Counted from the stretch's first letter, positions 18,896 to 27,501 are shown. The stretch is 64,000 nucleotides of DNA from Phycisphaerae bacterium (GCA_041661665.1 JBAZTW010000002.1:62764-126763), one strand, 5' to 3'. The notes: generated from the letters alone by a model not told the origin. Translations and numbers: made by a program.

Positions 18896-20044
18896 ATGAA
18901 TGATGGATTTAAACATAATGCGGCGGTGATGGATTCAATCGATGAAAAGTCGCAGATAAAGCAGCTTCTTGCCGGGGCAGTTGCCGCAGGAGCCAGCGAT
19001 TTGCATATAAACGTCGGTATGCCGCCTATGATGAGAATAAATACAGAACTTGTCCCTGTGGAGTCTGCACCTGTAAGTTTGCAGCAGGTAAAACAAATGC
19101 TGCTCGATATGGTCAGCGTAGAAAAATTTGAGAACTTTGAAAAAAGACGCGATTATGATTTTTCAACAACCATCAGCGATGGCAGCAGATTCAGAGTCAA
19201 CGCTCATTATCAACGCGATACGATTGCGCTGTCGTTCAGGCTTATTCCAAACCAGATACCGCAGTTAAGCGAACTGCATCTGCCGAAAATCGTTGAAGAG
19301 CTTGCCAGGCTGCCCAGAGGTCTTGTTTTGGTTACGGGGCATACCGGCAGCGGCAAAAGCACAACGCTGGCGGCAATGATAAATATGGTGAACTCCACCG
19401 TAAGCTCAAGAATAATTACGCTCGAAGACCCGGTCGAATATGTCTTCGAAAATAATATGTCAATGATAGAGCAGCGGGAGATTGGTTCGGATTGTTTGGA
19501 TTTCGCCTCCGGCCTCAAACACGCTCTCCGTCAGGACCCGGAATTGATATTAGTCGGCGAAATGAGAGACCTTGAAACTACCGGTGCAACCGTAACCGCC
19601 GCGGAGACAGGCCACCTCGTTCTCAGTACGCTTCATACGATAAACGCCACGCAAACCGTGGAACGCATAATAGATATTTATCCAGCCGCTCAGCAGAACC
19701 AGATAAGAACTATGCTGGCGAACACTTTGCACGCGGTTATATCTCAAACGCTTTTTAAACGCATAGACCAAAGCGGTATGGTTCCTGCTGTTGAGATTCT
19801 GCTCTGCAATTCCGCTGTGAGAAACTGCATCAGAGAAAACAGAATTTATGAAATACCGAATATCATCGCGACCTCTCGCAAAATCGGTATGCAGGAAATG
19901 GACAACAGTATTGCCGAGATGTATTTTAAGGGCTTTATCGGCAAAGATGACGCTATTGACAGCTCGACAAATCCGCCAAAGATGGAAAAAACGCTTTCGC
20001 CGGATAATAAAACAACTTTTTTAAAAAATATGCAGGGACAGTAA
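18896..20044 (+). CDS. pilT: PilT-family twitching-motility/retraction ATPase
   Basis: Walker A GHTGSGKSTT, GEMRD, LSTLHT. ATG at 18896; the track ORF starts at a TTG at 18884. Confidence 0.9.
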   Translation: MNDGFKHNAAVMDSIDEKSQIKQLLAGAVAAGASDLHINVGMPPMMRINTELVPVESAPVSLQQVKQMLLDMVSVEKFENFEKRRDYDFSTTISDGSRFRVNAHYQRDTIALSFRLIPNQIPQLSELHLPKIVEELARLPRGLVLVTGHTGSGKSTTLAAMINMVNSTVSSRIITLEDPVEYVFENNMSMIEQREIGSDCLDFASGLKHALRQDPELILVGEMRDLETTGATVTAAETGHLVLSTLHTINATQTVERIIDIYPAAQQNQIRTMLANTLHAVISQTLFKRIDQSGMVPAVEILLCNSAVRNCIRENRIYEIPNIIATSRKIGMQEMDNSIAEMYFKGFIGKDDAIDSSTNPPKMEKTLSPDNKTTFLKNMQGQ

Positions 20045-20059
20045 GAATTAAAACTGAAG

Positions 20060-20075
20060 ATTGAAAATTTTCAAT
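20060..20075. promoter_or_regulatory. Perfect 16-bp palindrome ATTGAAAATTTTCAAT between pilT and pilC
   Basis: Self-complementary as read. Function unknown (operator or small hairpin). Confidence 0.3.
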
Positions 20076-20099
20076 GTTAAATAATGATGGGGTTAAACA

Positions 20100-21251
20100 A
20101 TGACTGCGGTAATGACTGCTGAAAGACCGTTGGTACAGCAAAGCCGGCCGGCAAACAATCGACAGCAGACATCCCTCAAACGTCTTTCGGAATTCAGCCT
20201 TGAATTGGGGCCGGGCCTTAAGGATGTTCTGAACTTCACCAACCAGTTATCTGTTATGGTTAAGGCTGGTATCGCTCTGCCTGAAGCGATAGAGGCAATA
20301 GGACTTCAGATTGAAAACAAAAAATTTAGAAAAATCATTCTCGATTTAAAGAGCAGAATCGAATCCGGCGAGAGTTTTTCACAGGCTCTGGCTCGTTATC
20401 CCAAAGTTTTCGGCAGACTGTATATCAATATGATTGCCGCAGCGGAGCTGAGCGGCTCGCTTAGTCTGATGTTAAGAAAAATTACCGAATATCTCGACCA
20501 GGAAATTCAGACGCGCTCGCAGGTCGTCGGCGCGATGATTTATCCGGGCATAATAGCCGTTATGGCCGTTACCTGTACGACATTTTTGCTTGTGTTTGTT
20601 CTGCCTCGTTTTACGGCGCTGTTCGCAGGCAAAGAAGCGATGCTGCCAAAGCCGACTATTATAATTATGGCTATCAGCGGATTTTTGAGGGGTAATTGGC
20701 TCTATGTTCTCATCGGCGTAGCGGTTGCTGTTTTTGGTTTATGCGCTTATATCAAAACGCCCACGGGGCGATTCTGGATAGACAAAATCAAACTCGTTGT
20801 GCCGGTAATGAAGACGCTGTGCAATAGTCTTTATATTACCCGTTCGCTCGGCGCGATGGGTATTCTTACCAATGCAGGCGTGCCGATTCTTGAAACTCTT
20901 GAAATAACCGCCGAGGTCAGCGGAAATGTTCACTACAAAAAAATGTGGCGCGATGTGTATAACTCTGTAAAGCAGGGCAAGAGAATCGCTCAGAGTTTTT
21001 CAGCCAAACCGCTGCTGCCGATTTCGGCGATTCAAATGATTCGCTCCGGCGAAGATTCGGGTACGCTTGGCCAGGTGCTTGAGGATGTGAGCGAATTTTA
21101 TCAGAGGCAGCTCAAAGCCACGATTAAAATCGTTACCGCGATGATTGAACCTTTGATGATTATCGTAATGGGTTTTTTAGTCGGCTTTATAGCGATGGCG
21201 GTCATACTGCCGATTTTCAAGATGTCTGCCATAGCATCGGGACGACATTAA
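20100..21251 (+). CDS. pilC: GspF/PilC-family platform protein
   Basis: 383 aa with duplicated T2SSF domains, three TM blocks and the conserved MIRSGE.SG.L motif. Confidence 0.9.
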   Translation: MTAVMTAERPLVQQSRPANNRQQTSLKRLSEFSLELGPGLKDVLNFTNQLSVMVKAGIALPEAIEAIGLQIENKKFRKIILDLKSRIESGESFSQALARYPKVFGRLYINMIAAAELSGSLSLMLRKITEYLDQEIQTRSQVVGAMIYPGIIAVMAVTCTTFLLVFVLPRFTALFAGKEAMLPKPTIIIMAISGFLRGNWLYVLIGVAVAVFGLCAYIKTPTGRFWIDKIKLVVPVMKTLCNSLYITRSLGAMGILTNAGVPILETLEITAEVSGNVHYKKMWRDVYNSVKQGKRIAQSFSAKPLLPISAIQMIRSGEDSGTLGQVLEDVSEFYQRQLKATIKIVTAMIEPLMIIVMGFLVGFIAMAVILPIFKMSAIASGRH

Positions 21252-21267
21252 AAGTTTTGAGTTTTGT

Positions 21268-21298
21268 AGGGTGGGCTTTAGCCCACGCTGTTTTTTTT
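21268..21298 (+). terminator. Intrinsic terminator/attenuator between pilC and the pseudopilin genes
   Basis: AGGGTGGGC-TTTA-GCCCACGCT stem (one mismatch) followed by a T8 run (21291-21298). Confidence 0.65.
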
Positions 21299-21311
21299 AC
21301 ATTTGGCTAAA

Positions 21312-21755
21312 ATGTTACAAAAAATCAAAAATAACGGATTTACGCTTATTGAGATTTTGGTTGCCGTTGTTCTGCTTGGCATAGCGATAGCGGCCATCGT
21401 AGGCTCAAACGCTGCCTTTAGCCTGCAAACCTCACAGGCAGGGGAGCTTTCAACCGCTGAATTTCTCATCGAACAAATCCGTGAACTTACCGCATTGATG
21501 CCGGTAAACGACCCGAATCAGGTCAGTATTTATGGTTTTGACGGCGATACGTTTAATCCGCCAATCGACGGCCAGCGAAGACCGCTGGCAAATTTTTCAG
21601 CTTACAGCCAGGTCGTTACGGTTGATTATGTAAACGCGACAAACTTTCAGCAGATTGTTGCGGATAATTCCAGCGATTTTGTCAGGATAACTGTAAAGAT
21701 ATTATATAACGGTTCGGAAATTTCGCAGGCAAAATGGATTAGATGTATAGAATGA
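21312..21755 (+). CDS. Prepilin-type N-terminal cleavage/methylation domain protein (pseudopilin)
   Basis: MLQKIKNNG|FTLIEILVAVVLLGIAIAA class III signal. ATG at 21312; the track ORF starts at a TTG at 21303. Confidence 0.85.
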   Translation: MLQKIKNNGFTLIEILVAVVLLGIAIAAIVGSNAAFSLQTSQAGELSTAEFLIEQIRELTALMPVNDPNQVSIYGFDGDTFNPPIDGQRRPLANFSAYSQVVTVDYVNATNFQQIVADNSSDFVRITVKILYNGSEISQAKWIRCIE

Positions 21756-22225
21756 AAAATAATATAAAAAAACCAGCTTTCACGCTCATCGAATTGATGA
21801 TGAGTATTTCAATTCTCGCGATAATTATGGTCGCTGTTGGCATCGCTCTTAACGCAAGCGTGATGAATTACGAAGCCAACAGGGATATATCCGAGGCAGT
21901 TATAAAAGCCAATCAGGCAATATCGAGAATAACCGCCGATTTACGCTGCGCAAGAGATGTTCAAACTACTGAGCCGAATAATCAATGTTCAATGCACACC
22001 TCTGATGGCTCTGATATTACATATAGTTTTGACTCAAGCCAGAGGAAATTATATCTCATTAAAGGCGGCACATCGTATGTTTTGTGCGATAATATAGGTT
22101 CAGCCGTATTTGACAGGGAAGTAAGCGGCGGAAAAGTCAAAAGCGTGCAGATTATACTCACGGTTACTGTCGGCACTTTCACTCAAAACGCCTGTGCCGC
22201 GGTTGTTATCCGCAAAAATATGTGA
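21752..22225 (+). CDS. Prepilin-type N-terminal cleavage/methylation domain protein (pseudopilin)
   Basis: MKNNIKKPA|FTLIELMMSISILAIIMVAV. ATGA overlap with the previous gene. An in-frame ATG at 21743 is an alternative start. Confidence 0.8.
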   Translation: MKNNIKKPAFTLIELMMSISILAIIMVAVGIALNASVMNYEANRDISEAVIKANQAISRITADLRCARDVQTTEPNNQCSMHTSDGSDITYSFDSSQRKLYLIKGGTSYVLCDNIGSAVFDREVSGGKVKSVQIILTVTVGTFTQNACAAVVIRKNM

Positions 22226-22233
22226 TGTTTTTT

Positions 22234-23787
22234 TTATTTTCTGCTGAGCTTTTCAAGTGTTGCTTTTCGCAAAATTTCCATCGGGCAATCAGTGTGCGTG
22301 AAATGCTTAAATTGTTCGCCGGCCTGACCGATAAACATCTCAACACCGCTTATAGTTCTTGCGTTTGCCTGTTTCGCCTGCTTTAATAACAGCGTTTCCA
22401 TCGGATTATAAACCGTATCGAAAACTGTCATCGATGATTTCAGACATTCAGCCGGCACGGGACTTGCGTTAATTTCAGGATACATTCCGATACTTGTACA
22501 GTTGACAACGATTTCGGCATCTAAATTTTTAATGCCTTCTAATCCTTCGCTATGGCAGCCGAATTCGAGCGCGAGATTGTGTGCTCTTGAGATTGTTCGA
22601 TTATAAATTATGACCTTTGCTCCGACATCGACGAGTCCTGCGATAATTGCTCTTGCCGCTCCGCCTGCGCCGACTACGGCGACAGCTTTATTATGCAGTT
22701 GTTTTCTTGTTATGCCCATTGCGTTTGTCAATGCGTCCATTGCCCCTGCGTAGTCAGTGTTGAAAGCGTTGATTCTTTCATTTATGCCTATTGTCATAGT
22801 ATTGACAGCGCCGATTTTTACCGCCAAAGGCTCGATGTGTTCGCCTTTTTCTCTGGCGTATTCCAATGCGCTGGTCTTGTGCGGAAGCGTTATGCTCAAG
22901 CCCTTAAAATCAAGGTATGGCCTCGATGTGATATTGTCCATAAATTCGTTAAAATCATTTTGACCGCCGGAAACGAGGAGCGGCAGATAAACCCTGTTCA
23001 TTTTTTCCGCCGCAAAGCAGGCGTTGTGAACGGCAGGGCTGATTGAATGAGCCACCGGGTCGGCTATTATACCGAAGAATTCAGTTTCGCTGTTTATAAT
23101 ATCGAAGCGATATGATTTCATTTGCTCGATTGTCAATTGTCCAGGCGCTGTGGCGGCGTTGTCCTCAATGCTCGCGAATGTCATAAACGCATCGAGTTTT
23201 TTCGCTATTATCCTGCTGACAACGCCGGCCTGTCCCATACATATAGCAATTGTTTTTTTGCCGTGTTTTTGGAGAATGTCAAACGCCTCAAAACAATCGT
23301 TTATATGATTGGCCTGATATGCGGTCTTGGCGATGGCGGCAGGGCAGAGGGTGAAAATCTGTTCGTATATCTGGCTTAAGTTCTCAAATTTGTTTTTGAA
23401 ATTATGAGCGGAAATTATTAGTTTGGTTTTGCTGTTTTCTGCTAAAGTTTTTTTGATTATGCCGCCAAAATAGCCGTGTTTGAAATTTTCATATTCGCAG
23501 TCGATAAAACCCACGCCGAGTTTTACGGCTTTGACAAGGATTTCCATTCTAACGGCGGGAGATAAATTGTTTTGCCCACCCTCTTTTGGGTCTCGGCAGG
23601 TAACTATGACGGGCAGCTTTGTTTGTTTAGCAGCACAAACCACTTCGGCTAATTTATCAGCGTCCAGACTTTCTATGTAGTCTGTACGCAGTTCGAGAGC
23701 CTCCGCTCCCGCTGCGCAGGCTGTTTTAATCTGCTCTTTGCAGGCGTTTAAATCTTTTGCCGAAATTGGTATCGCTAAATAAGTCAT
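22234..23787 (-). CDS. aroDE: Bifunctional 3-dehydroquinate dehydratase (type I) / shikimate 5-dehydrogenase
   Basis: 517 aa. The N-terminal half is AroD-like (LELRTDY, type I DHQase). The C-terminal half is AroE-like (FGIIADPVAHSISP..HN, VVGAGGAARA). Confidence 0.9.
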   Translation of the reverse strand: MTYLAIPISAKDLNACKEQIKTACAAGAEALELRTDYIESLDADKLAEVVCAAKQTKLPVIVTCRDPKEGGQNNLSPAVRMEILVKAVKLGVGFIDCEYENFKHGYFGGIIKKTLAENSKTKLIISAHNFKNKFENLSQIYEQIFTLCPAAIAKTAYQANHINDCFEAFDILQKHGKKTIAICMGQAGVVSRIIAKKLDAFMTFASIEDNAATAPGQLTIEQMKSYRFDIINSETEFFGIIADPVAHSISPAVHNACFAAEKMNRVYLPLLVSGGQNDFNEFMDNITSRPYLDFKGLSITLPHKTSALEYAREKGEHIEPLAVKIGAVNTMTIGINERINAFNTDYAGAMDALTNAMGITRKQLHNKAVAVVGAGGAARAIIAGLVDVGAKVIIYNRTISRAHNLALEFGCHSEGLEGIKNLDAEIVVNCTSIGMYPEINASPVPAECLKSSMTVFDTVYNPMETLLLKQAKQANARTISGVEMFIGQAGEQFKHFTHTDCPMEILRKATLEKLSRK

Positions 23788-24368
23788 TCTAATTGCCTGT
23801 CTATTCTATCGAGTACGATATTTATTGCCATAAGATAAGCTTTTGCAGTCGCTTCGAGCATATCAATCGAGCAGGCCTTTGTTCTAACCTGTCGATTGTG
23901 GTATTCAGCGGTAATGCTCGCCTGTCCCAGTGCGTTTGTCCCGCTGCTTATCATACTGAAATTAAAATCCTTCAGAAATATCCTTATGCCGGTGGCTTCT
24001 GTGATTGCCTGGCATATAGCGTCGGTCGAACTGCTGCCCGCCGCTTCAGCGGTTGTTCTTTTGCCCTCAGGCGAAATTAGAACAACCATCGCCGCCGGCA
24101 GAACCTTTGGCCCGATTGTCGTTTTAAGCGAAACCAAATCCCAGCCGATTTGCGGCTGAGCCAAAATCTCGTCGGCAATCGCTTCAATCTCCTCTGCGAA
24201 AATACTGCCCTTTAATTCAAATAAATCGAAAATTCGTCCATAAGCCTGCTGAAACTGCCGAGGCGCAAGCTCTTTGCCCATTGCCGCTATTCGTGCGTGG
24301 ACAGTCTCCCTGCAGGGCGGGGTATTGATTGTGAACAACGGATTGTCAGGGTTTCGTAAAACCATCAA
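23784..24368 (-). CDS. Stand-alone LeuA-type C-terminal (subdomain II + allosteric LeuA_dimer) domain protein
   Basis: 194 aa. HARIAAMGKELAPRQFQQAYGRIFDLFELKGSIFAEEIEAI resembles the post-barrel linker of 2-isopropylmalate synthase. GSSSTDAICQAI....I.L.DF....ISSGTNALGQASITAEY....V..KACSIDMLEATAKAYLMAIN resembles its regulatory domain. There is no catalytic TIM barrel. ATGA overlap with aroDE. Confidence 0.6.
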   Translation of the reverse strand: MMVLRNPDNPLFTINTPPCRETVHARIAAMGKELAPRQFQQAYGRIFDLFELKGSIFAEEIEAIADEILAQPQIGWDLVSLKTTIGPKVLPAAMVVLISPEGKRTTAEAAGSSSTDAICQAITEATGIRIFLKDFNFSMISSGTNALGQASITAEYHNRQVRTKACSIDMLEATAKAYLMAINIVLDRIDRQLE

Positions 24369-24460
24369 CCTGCCATTATAATCTGTTTGTTTTCAGGCTC
24401 AAACGAATTTTTGTTAAATTTTATCCTGAATTCAAAAAAAATATAATTTGATAAATATAC

Positions 24461-24488
24461 TTCATATTTTCGTCTTTTTTGGTAGAAT
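24461..24488 (+). promoter_or_regulatory. Candidate promoter of ribF (extended -10)
   Basis: TTCATA (24461-24466), 16-nt spacer, TGgTAGAAT (24480-24488). ATG at 24520. Confidence 0.4.
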
Positions 24489-24519
24489 CCGCCATAGTTT
24501 TGTGTTTTGATTTTCTTTT

Positions 24520-25503
24520 ATGCAGATTATAGAAAAATTTGAAAATATCCCGACCAAAGCCAAAGGCTGCTGCCTGACAATCGGCAACTTTGACGGTGTG
24601 CATTTGGGGCATACGAAAATAATTGCCTCTGCGCATCAGACCGCAAAAAAGTTTGGCAAATGCCCTATTGCCGCGATGACTTTTGAGCCGCATCCGGCGG
24701 CGATTCTGCATCCCGAAAAAGCTATGCAGGTTTTAACGCCTTTGCCGCTGAAGCAGGCTTTGCTCGAAAAAACTGGCGTTGATTACCTGCTCGTCGTAAG
24801 GGACAGTTATAAACTTTTGTCGCTTTCGCCGGAAAATTTTGTGAACGATTTTTTAGTTAAAACAATCGCTCCTAAAGCTGTCATTGAGGGAGGCAATTTC
24901 CATTTTGGCTATGGTCGCAGCGGCAACGCCGGGGTTCTCGCGACGCTTGGCAGAGAGCGGGGGTTCGATGTTGTTATCGTTGACGATGTGGAAATAGATT
25001 TCGGTACAGGCCCCACAAAAGTTTCAAGCACGCTTATTCGTCTTATGCTCCAGAGCGGCAACGCCTCGCAGGCCGCGATGGCTCTGGGCAGGCCTTACAG
25101 ATTGATGGGAAAGGTTGTAAAGGGCAGAGGCAAAGGAACGGAACTCGGCTTTCCGACCGCAAACATCGAGCCGCACGACCAGATAATACCCGCAGAGGGT
25201 GTCTACGCCGGTTTTGTTTCGGTGGCAGATAGTGTTGAAAAACTTTGTATGGCCCAGCAGAAAATTCCTGCCGTTTTTAGTCTTGGCAGGGCAAAGACGT
25301 TTATTTCTGACCATCCGCTGCTGATTGAGGCGCATTTGCTTGACGGCGGCGGCGAAAATCTTTACGATAAATTTTTAGCGCTCGATTTCGTTGATTTTAT
25401 CCGCGGCCAGAGACGTTTTGAAACGGAAGAAAAACTGAAGGAACAAATTAAACAGGATTGTGCTATTGCCGCCAACAGAGCCTGGAGCGAAAGCGACAGG
25501 TGA
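24520..25503 (+). CDS. ribF: Bifunctional riboflavin kinase / FMN adenylyltransferase
   Basis: 327 aa. GNFDGVHLGH nucleotidyltransferase motif and C-terminal kinase PTAN / GVY motifs. The last 10 codons lie inside the RAYT-flanking repeat. Confidence 0.9.
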   Translation: MQIIEKFENIPTKAKGCCLTIGNFDGVHLGHTKIIASAHQTAKKFGKCPIAAMTFEPHPAAILHPEKAMQVLTPLPLKQALLEKTGVDYLLVVRDSYKLLSLSPENFVNDFLVKTIAPKAVIEGGNFHFGYGRSGNAGVLATLGRERGFDVVIVDDVEIDFGTGPTKVSSTLIRLMLQSGNASQAAMALGRPYRLMGKVVKGRGKGTELGFPTANIEPHDQIIPAEGVYAGFVSVADSVEKLCMAQQKIPAVFSLGRAKTFISDHPLLIEAHLLDGGGENLYDKFLALDFVDFIRGQRRFETEEKLKEQIKQDCAIAANRAWSESDR

Positions 25504-25515
25504 AATTCTCCCTGC
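25473..25515 (+). repeat. RAYT-flanking direct repeat, left copy
   Basis: CAACAGAGCCTGGAGCGAAAGCGACAGGTGAAATTCTCCCTGC versus 26041-26080. Identical except one A/G difference and a 3-nt indel. Confidence 0.9.
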
Positions 25516-25547
25516 TGAACGATTCACAATTTGAGAGAAAGTTATAT

Positions 25548-26099
25548 ATGGATTATCCATTGGCGTATTTGATAACTTTTACGACCTATGGCGTGTGGTT
25601 GCACGGCGATATTCGCGGCAGTGTTGATAAGGAACATAACAAGTATGGAGACGATTTTTTGCCGCGAACGGAGAGTTTTGAAAGACAGGATCGCAAATTT
25701 CTGAAAAATGATGCGGTTTTACTTGCCGAAAATGATAGGAACATCGTGCTTAATGCCATTCTTAGCCAATGTAGTTTTAGAGGCTGGTTTGCCTATGCGA
25801 TTCATGTCAGAAGCAATCATATTCATATTGTTGTTTCGGCCGCGGAAAAGCCTGAAAAGATAATGTCCACTTTTAAATCTTATTCAACCAGAGCATTGCG
25901 AGCATCTGGTATTAACAGGTTGAAATTTTGGACTGTACACGGAAGCACACGGTATTTGTGGGATAAAGAAAAACTTGAAAAGGCGATAAAATATGTTAGA
26001 GATGAACAGGGCAAAATGATGGCCTATGGAAATTCAAAGACAACAGAGCCTGGAGCGAAAGCGACGGGTGTTCTCCCTGCGCTGTCGCTTGGGCTCTGA
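25548..26099 (+). mobile_element. REP-associated tyrosine transposase (RAYT; IS200/IS605 TnpA-like HUH Y1 enzyme)
   Basis: 184 aa from ATG at 25548. YLITFTTYG start, HUH motif SNHIHIVV, downstream Tyr in KSYSTRAL. Flanked by direct repeats and a REP hairpin. The track ORF start (25458) overlaps ribF and is rejected. Confidence 0.7.
26041..26098 (+). repeat. RAYT-flanking direct repeat, right copy, extended into an imperfect REP hairpin
   Basis: CAGAGCC..AAGCGAC pairs with GTCGCTTGGGCTCTG. The 24-nt core 26075-26098 is the exact reverse complement of 12145-12168. Confidence 0.9.
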
Positions 26100-26125
26100 A
26101 TGCTGAACTTATAAAAAGGAATTTA

Positions 26126-27124
26126 ATGACAACAACTGACGGTTTTAAAAAAGCGATTGATTTAATAAATAAGTCTCATAGCTGGCTGATTACCTCTCAC
26201 ACCCGGCCGGACGGCGATGCTGTCGGCTGTATGAAAAGTTTTTACGATTTGGCGGCTCAATTAGGCAAAAAGGCGCAGCCGATTTTGCTTTCTCTGCCGG
26301 CGAAATGGTATCAATCCATATTCGATGAGCCTGTGCCTGTCCTTGGCAACGATATAAAAATCGAAGATTTAAAAACCGAGCGGTTTGACCTCATTATAAT
26401 TGTCGATACCAATAGTTATATTCAGTTGACGGAATTTGATAAATGGCTCAAAAAGTCGAAGATTCCCGTGCTTGTGGTAGACCATCATCTCAGCGGCGAC
26501 GGACTTGGCGATGTTGAGATTATCGACCCAGCCGCCGCGGCGACAGGCGAAATAGTATTCGACCTTTTCAAATACGCAGGCTGGAAAATCACGCCGGCCA
26601 TTGCGGAGGCTTTGTTTGTTGCGATTTCAACCGATACAGGCTGGTTCAGATTTGACAACACCGACAGCAGAGTAATGAATAACGCCGCTGAACTGATTGG
26701 GCTGGGAGTTAAGGTTTCGGATGTTTATCATAAAATGTTTCAGAATTATTCGCCCGCCAGGCTTAAACTCCTCGGCAAAATGCTCGAAACTCTCGAATTG
26801 TACTGCGATGGTAAAATCGCGTTGCAATTCATTATGCGGGCTGATTTCGACGCGGCAGGGGCGATTGGAAGCGATACCGAGGAATTCGTCAACGAATGCC
26901 AAAAGATAAATACTATCGAGGCGGCGGCTCTATTCGTGGAATTAAAGGACGGCGGATTCAGATGTTCGCTGCGAAGCAACGGCTCAATTGATGTTCGCCA
27001 AATCGCCCAAAAATTCGGCGGCGGCGGACACAGGGTCGCGGCAGGCGTAAATCTCAATGGCCCGCTCGATACCGCAAAAAAAATGATTCTCGACGAACTT
27101 AAAAAAACGATGAACGTAGTATAG
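26126..27124 (+). CDS. nrnA: DHH/DHHA1 phosphoesterase, NrnA-like oligoribonuclease/pAp phosphatase
   Basis: 332 aa. HTRPDGDAVGC, VDTN, VVDHH and C-terminal GGGH motifs. Confidence 0.85.
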   Translation: MTTTDGFKKAIDLINKSHSWLITSHTRPDGDAVGCMKSFYDLAAQLGKKAQPILLSLPAKWYQSIFDEPVPVLGNDIKIEDLKTERFDLIIIVDTNSYIQLTEFDKWLKKSKIPVLVVDHHLSGDGLGDVEIIDPAAAATGEIVFDLFKYAGWKITPAIAEALFVAISTDTGWFRFDNTDSRVMNNAAELIGLGVKVSDVYHKMFQNYSPARLKLLGKMLETLELYCDGKIALQFIMRADFDAAGAIGSDTEEFVNECQKINTIEAAALFVELKDGGFRCSLRSNGSIDVRQIAQKFGGGGHRVAAGVNLNGPLDTAKKMILDELKKTMNVV

Positions 27125-27179
27125 TATGAGTGATTTTATGAGACTAATAGAAAATTATGTTAAAATAGACAAAATTTTC

Positions 27180-27208
27180 TTGACTTTTGGGCGATTATTT
27201 GCTTTAAT
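27180..27208 (+). promoter_or_regulatory. Sigma70-like promoter about 290 nt upstream of the PEP-CTERM gene pair
   Basis: TTGACT (27180-27185), 17-nt spacer, TTTAAT (27203-27208). Confidence 0.45.
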
Positions 27209-27398
27209 AGGGTAAGTACAAACGAGTCTTAATTGGGGTTGGGAAGTAACATCATTTTCTTAGTTTAAACAACTGCGGATTTTTCTGCACAGATTATTTA
27301 TTGGGGTGTCCCGTTATAAAAATGACGGGTCTGAACATCTAAAATTGGGGTAATAACCTATTGCGATATAGAGATACTATGCGCACTGACAGATTTAT

Positions 27399-27423
27399 GT
27401 CATTCCCGCGAAGGCGGGAATCC
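27399..27423. repeat. REP-type hairpin GTCATTCCCGC-GAAG-GCGGGAATCC
   Basis: 8-bp perfect stem ATTCCCGC/GCGGGAAT. The same element occurs in reverse orientation inside hypF at 41523-41546. Confidence 0.85.
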
Positions 27424-27501
27424 AGTTTTGAGTTTTGTTTAATTCGGATTTGTTTAGGATTTAGATATTAGAATTTCGATTTTTTTTATGGGGTGGTTGT
27501 T

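Noticed and set aside
22234-24368. Possibility that the LeuA-domain ORF and aroDE are one frameshifted gene
   Set aside because: The junction is a clean ATGA stop/start overlap. The AroD domain begins with its normal N-terminus (MTYLAIPISAK), so these are two separate, coupled genes.
25458-25547. Upstream extension of the RAYT ORF (track start 25458)
   Set aside because: It overlaps the ribF 3' end and the flanking repeat. The conserved transposase N-terminus (MDYPLAYLITFTTYG) begins at the ATG at 25548.
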